NCBI RefSeq assembly: GCF_001194135.2
Contig: NC_069005.1
Span: 31,112,793-31,176,792 of the forward strand
Direction: 5' to 3'
Source of the DNA: Octopus bimaculoides
Lineage: Eukaryota
Length of the DNA stretch: 64,000 bases
In this document: one piece after another, positions 48,739-61,158 of the stretch
Layout of the letters: each line of letters starts with the position of its first letter
Position numbering within the stretch: the stretch's first letter is position 1
Notes under the pieces: model-generated
What the model saw: the letters and a program-made list of their open reading frames with translations, nothing else
Database searches by the model: none
What the model was told of the DNA's origin: nothing
Program-made: the position numbers and the translations under genes

Positions 48739-50917
48739 NNNNNNNNNNNNNNNNNNNNNNNNNNNNNNNNNNNNNNNNNNNNNNNNNNNNNNNNNNNNNN
48801 NNNNNNNNNNNNNNNNNNNNNNNNNNNNNNNNNNNNNNNNNNNNNNNNNNNNNNNNNNNNNNNNNNNNNNNNNNNNNNNNNNNNNNNNNNNNNNNNNNNN
48901 NNNNNNNNNNNNNNNNNNNNNNNNNNNNNNNNNNNNNNNNNNNNNNNNNNNNNNNNNNNNNNNNNNNNNNNNNNNNNNNNNNNNNNNNNNNNNNNNNNNN
49001 NNNNNNNNNNNNNNNNNNNNNNNNNNNNNNNNNNNNNNNNNNNNNNNNNNNNNNNNNNNNNNNNNNNNNNNNNNNNNNNNNNNNNNNNNNNNNNNNNNNN
49101 NNNNNNNNNNNNNNNNNNNNNNNNNNNNNNNNNNNNNNNNNNNNNNNNNNNNNNNNNNNNNNNNNNNNNNNNNNNNNNNNNNNNNNNNNNNNNNNNNNNN
49201 NNNNNNNNNNNNNNNNNNNNNNNNNNNNNNNNNNNNNNNNNNNNNNNNNNNNNNNNNNNNNNNNNNNNNNNNNNNNNNNNNNNNNNNNNNNNNNNNNNNN
49301 NNNNNNNNNNNNNNNNNNNNNNNNNNNNNNNNNNNNNNNNNNNNNNNNNNNNNNNNNNNNNNNNNNNNNNNNNNNNNNNNNNNNNNNNNNNNNNNNNNNN
49401 NNNNNNNNNNNNNNNNNNNNNNNNNNNNNNNNNNNNNNNNNNNNNNNNNNNNNNNNNNNNNNNNNNNNNNNNNNNNNNNNNNNNNNNNNNNNNNNNNNNN
49501 NNNNNNNNNNNNNNNNNNNNNNNNNNNNNNNNNNNNNNNNNNNNNNNNNNNNNNNNNNNNNNNNNNNNNNNNNTTTTACTTTTTTCTTTTTCTCATCTTT
49601 TGAAGTTCTCCCTCCCGACCAATATCTCTGACTACAACTTTAGATAGTTTATAAGGGCTAATACTTCGATTAATATCTAAAATTTGTCAAAAGTATTCCG
49701 ATTTACAAGGAAGAATTGTAGAGAATGGAAAGAATAAACCCCATCGTGGAATGGAAACAAATATGTTTCATTCCAGGATGGGGAGAGAGAGAGAGAAAGA
49801 GAGAGAGGGGTTAGTTAGACCAAGGGGATCTTTTGTTTGTTTTTTTCCTTTTTTACTGATATAACATCTATTATCATGATGTTACTGCCAGCTACCCCCC
49901 ACTCAGCCGATCCCTTGCCCTTGTTGTCCAACAGGGGGTAGGAAACCTATTCTTGGCGGTGCTTGTGATAAAAAGCGTTTTGATGTTTATTCGAAATTGG
50001 AGTTGCTGACCTTCAATTGCTTGTGTGTGTTTGTGCTCTCTATCCAACTGGCCCTCCGCTAACCCCTTACCTCATCCTGGTGCATCCACCTCTCCATCCA
50101 GCCCTCCGCCGGTCCACCACAGCTATATATCTCTCATCCATGAACTCCATTGTTTCATTTAATTATGATGCGTTGTAACTTCTCTCATACAGGGACTGCA
50201 TTGCATTGCAACAAAGATGGTGCAGCAGCTATTTCCAGGAAGAGGAAAGCCCAGTTGTATAGCAATATGTTAATTAAATTGTGTGATTTTTTTACTATTA
50301 GATAGCCTTTCACAGCCTCTTCAAATATATATGTGTATATATATATATATATCTGTGTGTTCTATTTTTGTATTGTAGAGAAGGATGGCTGATTAGGCAT
50401 GAGGTGGTGGTGGGGGATGATAGAGGTTAGTATATTGAATAGGTTTGGCTTTATAAGCAGTATGTTTTTTGTTTGATGTTAGAGCATTGTTCAGCAATGT
50501 GGGTCTATGTACACACAGCATTGTAGTGTTGTACATGCATGCATACATGTGGGTTTACATGCCTACATGCATGCACAAACACATGCGCACACACATTTAG
50601 AGAGAGAGGTGGGGATGTCCTTGTCTGACAAGTAATTTCATCTGAGACCACGATTTGGCCAGAGCACCAGGCAATGAAAGCTAGAAGAGCTGTCCCATTA
50701 ATTTTTTTTTTTATTTATATACATATATATATATACACACACATTTAAAACCCTGAAACCTATATATGACCCTGTTGCAGTAGAACTGTGTCAATGACCC
50801 AGTCACTGTTGGTGCAACAAACATTCCGACCCCAAATCATAAATGTTTAAGTGTAGTTTTGAATGACTAAGATTTGCCATTCATGCTGTAATTGTGTGTG
50901 TGTGTGCGCATGCAAGT

Positions 50918-50948
<31 letters not shown>

Positions 50949-51229
50949 AATACATTAAATATTGCATAATATGAGATTTTAAAATAGTTTAGTCATTTTC
51001 CCATGTGGAGATTTACAGGTGTCTTCCTTAATGCTAATTAATTTAATTTAATGCAGGTGTCCTTCCTATCACTACTTAGTATACCATACCAACTACACTA
51101 TTTCCAGACAAAGAAAAAACAAACAGAATGGCAAGGGAGAATTATCTGTGTGCAGAACAGTGACAATTGAGGACATGTTCAGGTCTTATCAAACCTCCTC
51201 AGCAAAATGTAGTCTAACTTTTACTGCAG

Positions 51230-51248
51230 ATCTTCAATGATTGGAAAA
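51230..51248 (+). other. Candidate 19-nt micro-exon (IFNDWK in phase 0, or SSMIGK in phase 2)
   Basis: CTAAC branch motif at 51214, TTTTACTGCAG| acceptor, AAA|GTATGT donor. Confidence 0.3.
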
Positions 51249-52239
51249 GTATGTAGGTTTTTTTCTGCTGAATTACTAGATGTATGAGAGGAATTCTGAA
51301 CTCACCTCATTCAACACTGAATTATTTATGGCTAAAAAAAAAATGTTTTATTAATGTTTTGCTAAAAGCATGCTTGTATCAATGGGAGAGGAAACTATAG
51401 AGCTGCATTGTTTTATTGTGTTCCAATCTGCTTTTGATAATAGCATCTGTGGGCAATATTTAACTTGTGTTTGATATTATATTGCATTTTAATATTGTAG
51501 ATTGTAGCCGAGACAAAGAATATATATGCACATGAGTGAGCGCGTATGTATGTGTATACATACATGACACTATGTATGTATATATGTATGTATGTATGTA
51601 TGTATGCATATAAAGTTGTGTGTGTGAGGGGGGAGTGAGCACAAGCATATTCACAAACTAAATAAAAAGCTGTGCTTCAGGTCGTGTGAGTGTATATATA
51701 TATGCATGCATGAATACGTATATTATACACATGCAAACACACAGATATGAATACACATATGCATATACATATAAGCATATGTATATGTGTGTGTGTGTGT
51801 ACGTGTACATATGCACACACACACACACACACATGCAATGATACATATTCATGTGTGTGTGTTTGTATATATATCACCTTATAATTTTGCTTCAATCATG
51901 TTTGATTTCTTCAAAGCTAATGAGAAAAAAAAAGAAAGAAAAGTTCTAGTACTTTTTTTTTCTCATTAGCAGTGCAGATAGCTAAAATGATTGAAATAAA
52001 TTTGTAACCTAATTTTTGAGATATACGCACACACACATACATGCATATATATATATATATATATATATANNNNNNNNNNATGCACGCACGCACACACATA
52101 TATAATCATCCTCACTTAATGTCTACATTTCCATGTTTTCATGGGTTAGACAGAATTTGTTGTGGCAGACTTTCTACAGCCAGGTGCTCTTCCTGTTGCC
52201 AACCCTCACCTGTTTCAAAGAAAGGCAATATTTCCCGAT

Positions 52240-52600
52240 TGCCAGACATGTGGTTAAGAAGCTTGCTTTCCTACCACATGGTTTCAGGTTCAGTCCTACT
52301 GTGCATCACCATCAATTTCCAGACCGGGCTGCGTGTTGTGTTCTTGAGCAAGACACTTTATTTCACGTTGCTCCAGTTCACTCAGCTGTAGAAATGAGTT
52401 GTGATGTCACTGGTGCCAAGCTGTATTGGCCCCTTTACCTTTCCCTTGGATAACATCAGTGGCGTGAAGAGGGGAGGCTGGTATGTGTGGGTGACTGCTG
52501 GTCTTCCATAAGTAACCTTGTCTGGATTTGTGCCTTGGAGGGGAACTTTCTAGGGGCAATCCCATGGTCAGTCATGACTGTAGAGGGTCTTTACCCTTTA
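52240..52600 (+). mobile_element. Chimeric SINE: family B head fused to a CORE-type body with a distinct tail
   Basis: GTGGTTAAGAAGCTTGCTTTCCTACCACATGGTTTCAGGTTCAGTCC, then GTGTTCTTGAGCAAGACACTTTATTTCACGTTGCTCCAGTTCACTCAGCTG. Confidence 0.65.
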
Positions 52601-52625
52601 TATATATGTGTAGATAGATAGTTAA

Positions 52626-52672
<47 letters not shown>

Positions 52673-53145
52673 TTGTATTGAGGGGTATCTATTCAAGAGC
52701 TGGGGAGAACATCTGTTGAGTTGGTTTTCTCAGCTACAACTACCAATTCACTTCACTGCTATCACTAACATTTATAAGAAACGTATGAGCATTGACGCTC
52801 ACTCATGTTTACAGATCAGACACTCATTAGTGCATCAAACAAAATTCCTTGCCATAATAAAGTTGCTCTTAACAGCTTTTACTTTGGTTTATATCGATTC
52901 CGAATTCAAATCTTGTCAGATTTGATTTTGACTGACATTGTTTCATGAATCGCTAAAATATGAAACCCAACACGTAAAGGTTCGTTGACTTAGGGACCGG
53001 GAACACCTTGATGACCACCACCCCTCCGCTTCCCTCGCCCCCTTCCGCTTCCTCCGCTTCCCTCGCCCCCCTCCCCACCATATTTACAAATGAATGTTGC
53101 ATAACATCACCGCTGTGTCCCCACACTTTGATGTTTCAGCTTTTG

Positions 53146-53190
53146 CTTAACAAACTATATAATTCCTTCATCTTATTTGGTTAGGTAAGA
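53146..53190 (+). other. Second candidate ratchet point: TTAG|GTAAGA
   Basis: CTTAAC branch motif (A at 53150), TTCCTTCATCTTATTT tract, AG at 53183-53184, GTAAGA; 43-nt AG-free zone. Confidence 0.4.
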
Positions 53191-53367
53191 TGTTAGGTGT
53201 ACATCCTCTACAGCAGGAAAAACAGAAAAAGAAGTAGCCCCCTCCCCCATCCCTCTAAAAATTAGCAGAATATGATTTGGGTTAGCCTCTTACAGCTGTT
53301 TGTAGGGCTACATATATGCATTGCATATCACTGCTTGATTGTACCTTGTTCCTCCCTCTCTCTCTTT

Positions 53368-53408
<41 letters not shown>

Positions 53409-53901
53409 ATAATTATTTATATATGTCTGTATGTTTGTAGTAGAATTAGAAATAGAAAGTCCTTGGTACAGTAATGTATATTTGAAAAAATGTATAGACA
53501 CGGCTTCTCTGTTCATATTTCCACACCTAATAATTCATAAACATCTAATTATTAAAGAGTAAAAATTAAGAGAAAAGCCATTATTATTCATTTTTTACAA
53601 ATATTCNNNNNNNNNNNNNNNNNNNNNNNNNNNNNNNNNNNNNNNNNNNNNNNNNNNNNNNNNNNNNNNNNNNNNNNNNNNNNNNNNNNNNNNNNNNNNN
53701 NNNNNNNNNNNNNNNNNNNNNNNNNNNNNNNNNNNNNNNNNNNNNNNNNNNNNNNNNNNNNNNNNNNNNNNNNNNNNNNNNNNNNNNNNNNNNNNNNNNN
53801 NNNNNNNNNNNNNNNNNNNNNNNNNNNNNNNNNNNNNNNNNNNNNNNNNNNNNNNNNNNNNNNNNNNNNNNNNNNNNNNNNNNNNNNNNNNNNNNNNNNN
53901 N

Positions 53902-53904
<3 letters not shown>

Positions 53905-53947
<43 letters not shown>

Positions 53948-54145
53948 TTGTGTGTCTGTCTGTGTTTGTCCCCCCGCTATCGCTTGACAACTGATGTTAG
54001 TATGTTTATATCCCTGTAACATAGCAAATGAGACCAATAGAATAAGTACTAGGCTTAGAAAGAATAAGTCCCGGGGTCGATTTGTTCGACTAAAGGCGAT
54101 GCTCCAGCATGGCCTCAGTCAAATGGCTGAAACGAGTAAAAGAAC
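53905..54145 (+). mobile_element. SINE family B 3' half
   Basis: GCTTGACAACTGATGTT...AAGAATAAGTCCCGGGGTCGATTTGTTCGACTAAAGGCGATGCTCCAGCATGGCC. Confidence 0.85.
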
Positions 54146-54259
54146 GTGTGTGTGTCTGTATTGTTGATGTCATAAGAATTAATTAATTTTTGAGAAAACA
54201 TGAAATTATTGTTTTGAGATTGCTATCACAGACATCATATAGTTGTAAATAACAGTATA

Positions 54260-54351
54260 TAAATATTGGGTTTAGAAACCCTTTTAAATCGAAAAACTCG
54301 AAGGCAACCTTTGGCTTTCTCTATCCAAAGGGTTTTTCAACGCAATATTTA
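54260..54351. other. About 92-nt imperfect hairpin/palindrome
   Basis: Arms 54261-54304 and 54308-54350 around a CAA loop; about 36 of 43 positions pair, including 3 G-U (manual count). Confidence 0.75.
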
Positions 54352-55799
54352 CATGGCATCATTTATAGCCTTATGTCTGTGCTCCAGGAACCAATTCCAA
54401 AACAGAATTTCATACATACATACATATATGTATATGTATAATATATTACATGTGTATTTATGTTCATGCACACACACACTCACACACATGCCAAGTGTTC
54501 CCTGCTCACAAAATAACCCCAGATATTCTCAAAATAACCTCAGATATTCTTTTTCAATAATAAACATCTGTTTGAAATAACTTGCCAATTACCGACACCT
54601 CACCCCACACCATACCCCCAACCTTCCACACAAACTCTCACACACACACACATACACATACAAACACACAGATTATTCAATAGAGAATGGAAAATGGTTT
54701 CCAATTTAATTTTCAAGTTTCTTTTTTTAAGATTTTTTTCCTTTTCTGTTTTTTTTTTTTAAGATTTTCAATGAAAAATAAAAAAAATTTTTGAATTTTT
54801 GAAACCGACTAAATCACTCAAACAAATTGTAAATTTGACTCCATTTCCAACCCCTTTCCTGCTTCACTGGGGCTATAGTTATTGTTATTATTTTCACCTG
54901 TTTGTTTTCCTTAAATCAACAAACTTTATACTTGTATTCACCAAGGTTTAATTAGAAAACTGCCGTTTTTTCACTGATTTTTTTTTTTGTAAATTTTATT
55001 ACCTTTAATTCTTTGTTTATTTATACTCTTTACTCACTCTCTTTTCTTTCTCTCTCTTTCCCTTTCTCTCTCTCTGTTTCTCTCCACTTCATTCTCTCCC
55101 ATTTTCTCTTTGTCACTTGGTTTTTTATCCCTTTCTCTCTTTTTTTGTTCTCTATATCTCTAACCACACCATCCTTCTTTCTTTCTTTCTCACACACACA
55201 CACTGTACTCTCTCCCCCTCTCTACTCTTCTCACACTTGACCTCCCCTTTTCTCTTTCATTATCTCTGTCTTGCTCTCTCTCTCTCTCTCTCCCTCCTCA
55301 CACATGATCTACCTTTCTTTCTCTCTCTCACTGTATTCTTGCTTTCATTTTCTCTTTCTCTCACATACATGTACACAATCATCCTATTTCTGTCTCTCTT
55401 TTCCTTATCTCTCTTTTTCTCTTATACCATCACCACCCTCTCTCACTCTCTCTCACACACTCTACATCCTTCTCTGTCTTTCTCACATACCACCCCTCAC
55501 TTTCTCTCACCATCAGTCTTTCTTTCTGTCCTCCTCTCACACACATCCTCACCCTCTTCCTCTTTCTCCTCACACATCTCCACCCTCTCCCCCTCCTCCC
55601 TACATCCCACATCACACATCACTGTCTTACTACTTACTATATCCACTTTTCTATTTCATCAATCATTTTCTCAATATAAAATAAAATGAAGCAGCGGGAG
55701 GGGGGAGGGGGGACTGGGATTAAGTAACACAAACAAACAAACAAACAAACAAAAAGGCCACTCACAGGTATTTAAATATTTTCTCATTTCTCCCACTTT

Positions 55800-56000
55800 G
55801 CCACCATCACCACCACTATCCACCTTACCTTTCTCCATTCTTTAAACATTCACCACCACTACCACAACCATCATCACCACCACCACCACCAACTTTACCT
55901 TTCCCCATTCGATAGCATCCACCACCACTACCACAACCATCACTACCACCACCACCACCAACTTTACCTTTCCCCATTCTTTAAACATCCACCACCATCA
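55800..56000. repeat. About 66-bp minisatellite x3 (..ACCACCACCAACTTTACCTTCCCCATTC..)
   Basis: Directly visible. Confidence 0.8.
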
Positions 56001-56080
56001 AACCATCATTAAATCTGTCAAGTATTTGGCGTTTTGTAAAAATCTTTCTTAAAAGCTTGTGATTCCATCAAGTATGTGAC

Positions 56081-56120
56081 AAGTACAGTGGAGTACAGTG
56101 GAGTACAGTGGAGTACAGTG
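56081..56120. repeat. 10-bp tandem repeat (GAGTACAGTG)x4
   Basis: Directly visible. Confidence 0.95.
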
Positions 56121-56152
56121 TTATTTAGCTGTTATGACAATAGGATGAACAG

Positions 56153-56235
56153 CAGGGGGGACCCAGCCATGGGGGGCCGTGGGCCAGCACCAGGCCGTGG
56201 ATCATTTGATACTGGGCTGCAGAGAAACAAATTTT
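56153..56235 (+). mobile_element. hAT/Charlie-like transposon terminus remnant
   Basis: CAGGGGGGACCCAGCC..GGGCCGTGGGCCAGCACCAGGCCGTGG..ACTGGGCTGCAG resembles MER1-type left ends as I recall them (CAGGGGTCCCCAACC..GGGCCGCGGACCGGTACCGGTCCGTGG..ACCGGGCCGCAC). Confidence 0.4.
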
Positions 56236-56605
56236 AAAATTTTATTTCTGCTTTATCGCAGTCTTCAAGGTTCTCTCGGCATTATATATGTACCATACAT
56301 GTGGTCTTATATAACCTAAGGCCAGGCTGGGGCAGTGCCTTGAAGAATATTTAGTTGAATGAATTGACACCGATACCTTCTCTTTTTTTTTTTTTTTTTA
56401 AAACCTAGTACTTCTTCTATGAGTCCCTTTTGCCGAGATGCTAAATTACAGGGATGTAAACACACCAACACCAGCTGTCAAGCAGTGGTGGGAGACAAAC
56501 ACACATATATATATATGTGATCTTGAAGGGTTTGGTTAAACAAATGAAAGCGCTAATAAAGAATTGTCCAATATTCTGACTGCCTCCTTCTTAGTATACA
56601 ACATC

Positions 56606-56668
<63 letters not shown>

Positions 56669-56766
56669 AGAGTAGGCACATAAATGCAAAACAAGGTGGG
56701 AAAAATAGTACTCGAATACTGGAGGTAGAGTAATATGCTTTATAAATAAAGCTGCAAAGACATCAC

Positions 56767-56813
56767 AAAAACTGTTACTCAGAGTTTCACGTTCCTGTTT
56801 GGCAGGAGTTTCC
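56767..56813 (-). ncRNA. Decayed minimal type I hammerhead remnant
   Basis: Minus strand GGAAACTC-CTGCCAA-ACAGGAACGT-GAAAC-TCTGA-GTA-ACAGTTTT: intact 3' half, mutated CUGANGA core. Confidence 0.45.
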
Positions 56814-57203
56814 ATGTACCAAATCCACTCTCAAGGATTTGGTTGCCTGAGGAGGCTATAGTAGAAGACACTTGCCCAAAGTGCTATGCATATCTAATAA
56901 TCAAATTATATATATTAAGCACTTTGTGTTTTGTGAAGCAAATGATTTCTCCAGTTCTTGGGAAAATTGTCTTGCTTGAAACCTGTCCATGGTGCAACAA
57001 AGTTAACAGTTCAGTTCAGTGCAGTGTTGTTTAGCTACTATGTCAGCCTCTAAACCACAAATTCTCCTCGCCAATTCCACCACCGCCACAAACAGCAGTC
57101 TTATCTCTCTCTGGCTCTATAATTCCCAGTGTTTTACCAAACATTACAAGGTTTCTACCATGTCAGTTAGTCACACTCTGTCAAACTTTACACTTGTAAC
57201 ACA

Positions 57204-57234
<31 letters not shown>

Positions 57235-57552
57235 CCAAACACACAGCAAACAGACACACAGACAGACAATCTTTCTCTGTCTTAATTGCATTCATTGCTA
57301 GTTACATTTATTTTTTTATTTTTTGTTTGCATTGTTGTTTTTATAAGTACTTTTTTGGTGGAAGGCAATAAGGCTCTTTCCTTTCTCCTCAACTTTCTTT
57401 TCTCCTCTTTCTTTCTTTTTTTCTTTGTCCTTTTAACATTTTTTTTTCTTTTGTCTCATTTTCCTCTCTTCATTTCTTTACAACTTTTTGTTTTCTCTCT
57501 TTTACTTCTCCTTCTTTCCTTGTCTCTCATTTCCTTTATTTTGTTTCATTGC

Positions 57553-57590
<38 letters not shown>

Positions 57591-57970
57591 CTTTTGCCTT
57601 GTCTCTTTTTTCTTTCTTTTACCATTTCCTTTGCACCCCCCCTCTACATTCCCCATACACTGTCATCATTACATTTGTACCTCTTACTTTAACTCTATCT
57701 CTTTCACTCTCTCTCTCTCTTTCACCCTCTCTATATACTGTACAGTGTGACTGAAGAAACCAACCAACCAACATGTCAGCTATGATTATCTAAAGCATGT
57801 CGGTGTTGCTAAAAAGTTTACTTTGCAACCACACAGTTTCAGGTGCAGTTTCATGCTCTGGTGCCTTGAGCAACTCCCTTTTACTATATAGGCTGCCCAA
57901 AGCCTTGTGAATGGACCTTGCTCAGAGATTTAAAATAAATTATATATATATATATATGTATATATATATA

Positions 57971-58371
57971 AGGGCATCCAGCTGTAGAAACTCTGCCAAA
58001 TTTAGATTGGAGCCTGGTGTTGCCATCCGGTTTCACCAGTCCTCAGTCAAATCGTCCAACCCATGGAAAGCGGATGTTAAACGATGATGATGATGATGAT
58101 GATGAGAGAGAGGACCGAGATACCTGGGGCCTTGCTGTATTCTGCAGCAGAAGTGTTTAGATTGGTCCCTCAGGTGGTGAAAAGCACTCATGGCAGTGCT
58201 ACATAAAGGCACCCAGTACACTCCGTAAAGTGGTTGGTGTTAGGAAGGGCATCCAGCTATAGCAACCCTGCCAAAACAGACTGGAGTCTGGTGCAGCTCC
58301 CCAGCTTTTCAGCTTTGGTCAAACCATCCAACCCATGCCAGCATGGACAACGGACATTAAATGATGATGAT
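57971..58371 (+). mobile_element. Two family C SINE 3' ends (57971-58104, 58170-58371)
   Basis: AGGGCATCCAGCT.TAG.AAC.CTGCCAAA...AACCCATG...GTTAAACGATGATGAT. Confidence 0.88.
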
Positions 58372-59619
58372 ACACACGTGTGTGTGTGTGTGTCCATCTT
58401 ACTGTCTCCTTGCCTTGACATTGTATGATATTTGTAAAGAAGTATCAACGTCATACAAATGGCGGCCTTCGTTTACAATTTTGTGAGACATGTCGTCTGG
58501 TCTTAAGGAAACGGGGCCTTGCTTTTGAAAACAGGTGAGGGTTGGTAATGAGAAGGGTATCCAGCCATAGAAAATCTGCTTCAAATTCCATCTGACCCTT
58601 GCAAGAATGGAGAAGTGAATGTTAAAACAATGATTATCTATCTAACTCTATGTGTACGTGCAAACACACACACACGCACAGACACACACGTTTGGATTCA
58701 ATACATGTATATATGATTTATTCATCTGAAGTTGATGATTCATTCATTTGCACATTCGCTACTCTGAGCTTCAAACAAAATCCATATTAATTATCTTTCT
58801 AGCAGACAGCACCACCATTTCCTTCCATCCCGGTTATCACCTCATTGATACTGTGTACACTGGCACCATTAACCAACCTAAACGCCATCACCACCACCAC
58901 CGCCGCCGCCGCCATCATTACAGACCTCCTTCGCACCTTCCCCCACCATCACTGTTAACCACCGTCTCCACCACCATCACTCTTATCATTTGTCACTATG
59001 TTGCGGTCTAAGGAATCACAAACAGCTAAGTCAACAGCATCAAAATACTGGACACAACTTTTGTCCAGTTTGTGTGTAAGTGGTGACAGGGTGACAGGGT
59101 GACAGGGGTAGCAGAGAGCAGGAGAAATCTTCAGAGGAAGGGCTCCAGTTAAGCAAGTGTTTCAGCCCGTTAGTTCCTGACACCCTCGGGAGGGATCAGA
59201 CTCACCTCGGTCATGACTCCTGGGTATCCTCCTGCTGGTTTTGAAATGCTGCCTTTAGTGGCAGGGTTGAACTCAGAACCTTCAGTTGATCTTATTTCCC
59301 CAAACTGTGATCTGTGTCATTGTCATTTCGCTATTAAGACTAACACAGAGCTTGCACTGTGGGGTTTGTTTCAAACCGGGGTACCTTCCTTAATATGTTT
59401 AGTCAGTAGTTGAGTTATGTAAGTCTTTCTCCAACTCATACCCCCTCACTGTAAACCAGTACAGTGGTTAGGTACTGCCATCGTCAAGCACGAGTTCTCC
59501 AACTACCTTGCCACTCTTGTCCAGAGCCTGGTGCAGCCGCTGGCTCTCCAGACCTCAGTCAAACCGTCCAACACATGCCAGCATGGAAAACAGATGTTAA
59601 ACAATGATGATGATTGTCC

Positions 59620-59990
59620 ATCTACTGGATTCTTTGCCTGCCTCTTGATCTTAGCACTGTATATCATTGTAAAAACCATGTGATTCCTACTTTGGATTGT
59701 GGCACATTTCCACATTCCAGCCCACTACTTCTACTCTTTGGCTTATTTCCAAATTCCGGCCTTTTCCCTACATTCTTGCCTACTTCCATTTCCTGCTCTT
59801 GTTCCACATTCTGGTCCATTAATCCTAATCCCATGTTATACATCCACTGCCTGTTGGTGTTACTGTTGTTCAAAGCCCCTAATAAACCTGAATTAAAAGA
59901 TGTTCCAGCCAGAGCCATCGCGGTAACTTTCTTGGACATGGTGTATCTTGGACAAAATTGCCTAATATACCTTTCTTGTAACTTGCAGTT
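59620..59990 (-). mobile_element. RTE-like LINE RT C-terminal fossil
   Basis: Minus frame with stops: RKVY*AIL...FEQQ*HQQAVDV*HGIRI...KAGIWK*AKE*K*WAGMWK...AKIKRQ, resembling RKVF...LE..QR.MER.MLGI...K..K.KWAGH...KR.R. Confidence 0.45.
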
Positions 59991-60799
59991 GGAAGGATGT
60001 TTTAGCTGCTATTTTTAACAGGTCAGTCACCCACATAGACACTCGTTTGTTTCAGTATCTACCTCCCAAAACCCACACACCAGTTGGATGTCTTGTTAAA
60101 CTGCAGTAAATCTCAACGCAACACCACCACCACCACCACCACCACCATCATAAATACTGCAGCCACGGTCACTTCACCTCCACCGTCCCCCACCATTGAT
60201 CCGATCCCTCTCTTCCTCCCATCGCATCACCTCCTCCTCCTCCTCCTCCGCTGCTGCTGCTGTTCTTAAGACACGACCACTTGTTCAGCTTCCCTGTCTT
60301 TAGTGCTTCAATTATCTTTGTAACTTCTTTCCAACATCTTCTATGACTCATTATCATTGTGGACATCAGCAACGAGGTTGTGTTGTCATTTATGGTCATC
60401 ATCTTTGTCGTCATCATTGCATCTTTTTGTTTTCATTTTGTTTTTCCGTGTCAAAGAAAATATAAAAAGAAGATCTTTTCTACAATGGCTTATATTGTAA
60501 TTCTGATAATTATGCACATTTTAATGTTGATGATGTAACATGTGGCATTTATCATGGACAAACTCATCAAGTGGAATTCGCTCCCTGTTGCTGCTGTTGT
60601 GTTGCAGAAACGGGGGAAATTCCGTCATTCACTCAATTCCTGTTTTTTTCCAAAGGGGAGATAATCGAGCATTTTGTTTCCACTGATGGAACACACTGCA
60701 AAGGCCTAGAACTGCAAGAAGCAGGGGCTTGAGTATTATATGTGGTGGTGGTAATGGCACAGGGCTTTAGCTGTCATGGGTTAGAAGTTTTATTAAATA

Positions 60800-60964
60800 G
60801 GCACAGAAGTGGCTGTGTGGTAAGTAGCTTGTTTACCGACCACCATGGTTCCGGGTTCAGTCCTACTGTGTGGCACCTTGGGCAAGTGTCTTCTACTATA
60901 GCCTCGGGCCGACCAAAGCCGTGTGAGTGGATTTGGTACATGGAAACTGAAAGAAGCCCGTTGC

Positions 60965-60998
<34 letters not shown>

Positions 60999-61158
60999 TT
61001 GTGTGTCTATGTTTGTCCCCTCAACATTGCTTGACAACTGATGTTGGTGTATTTACGTCCCCGTAACTTAGCAGTTCAGCAAAAGAGACCGAGAGAAAAA
61101 AAGTACTAGGTGCTCCAGCATGGCCACAGTCAAATGACTTAAACAAGTAAAAGAATAA
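60800..61158 (+). mobile_element. SINE family B, near full length
   Basis: GTGGCTGTGTGGTAAGTAGCTTG...GGTTCCGGGTTCAGTCC...TGGCACCTTGGGCAAGTGTCTTCTACTATAGCC...CAGTCAAATGACT. Confidence 0.9.

Noticed and set aside
55800-56120. Repeat arrays as CRISPR-like structures
   Set aside because: Eukaryotic context, tandem units without unique spacers, and no cas genes.
59614-60018. 134-aa + strand ORF as a gene
   Set aside because: No domain signal; better explained as the antisense of an RTE fossil.
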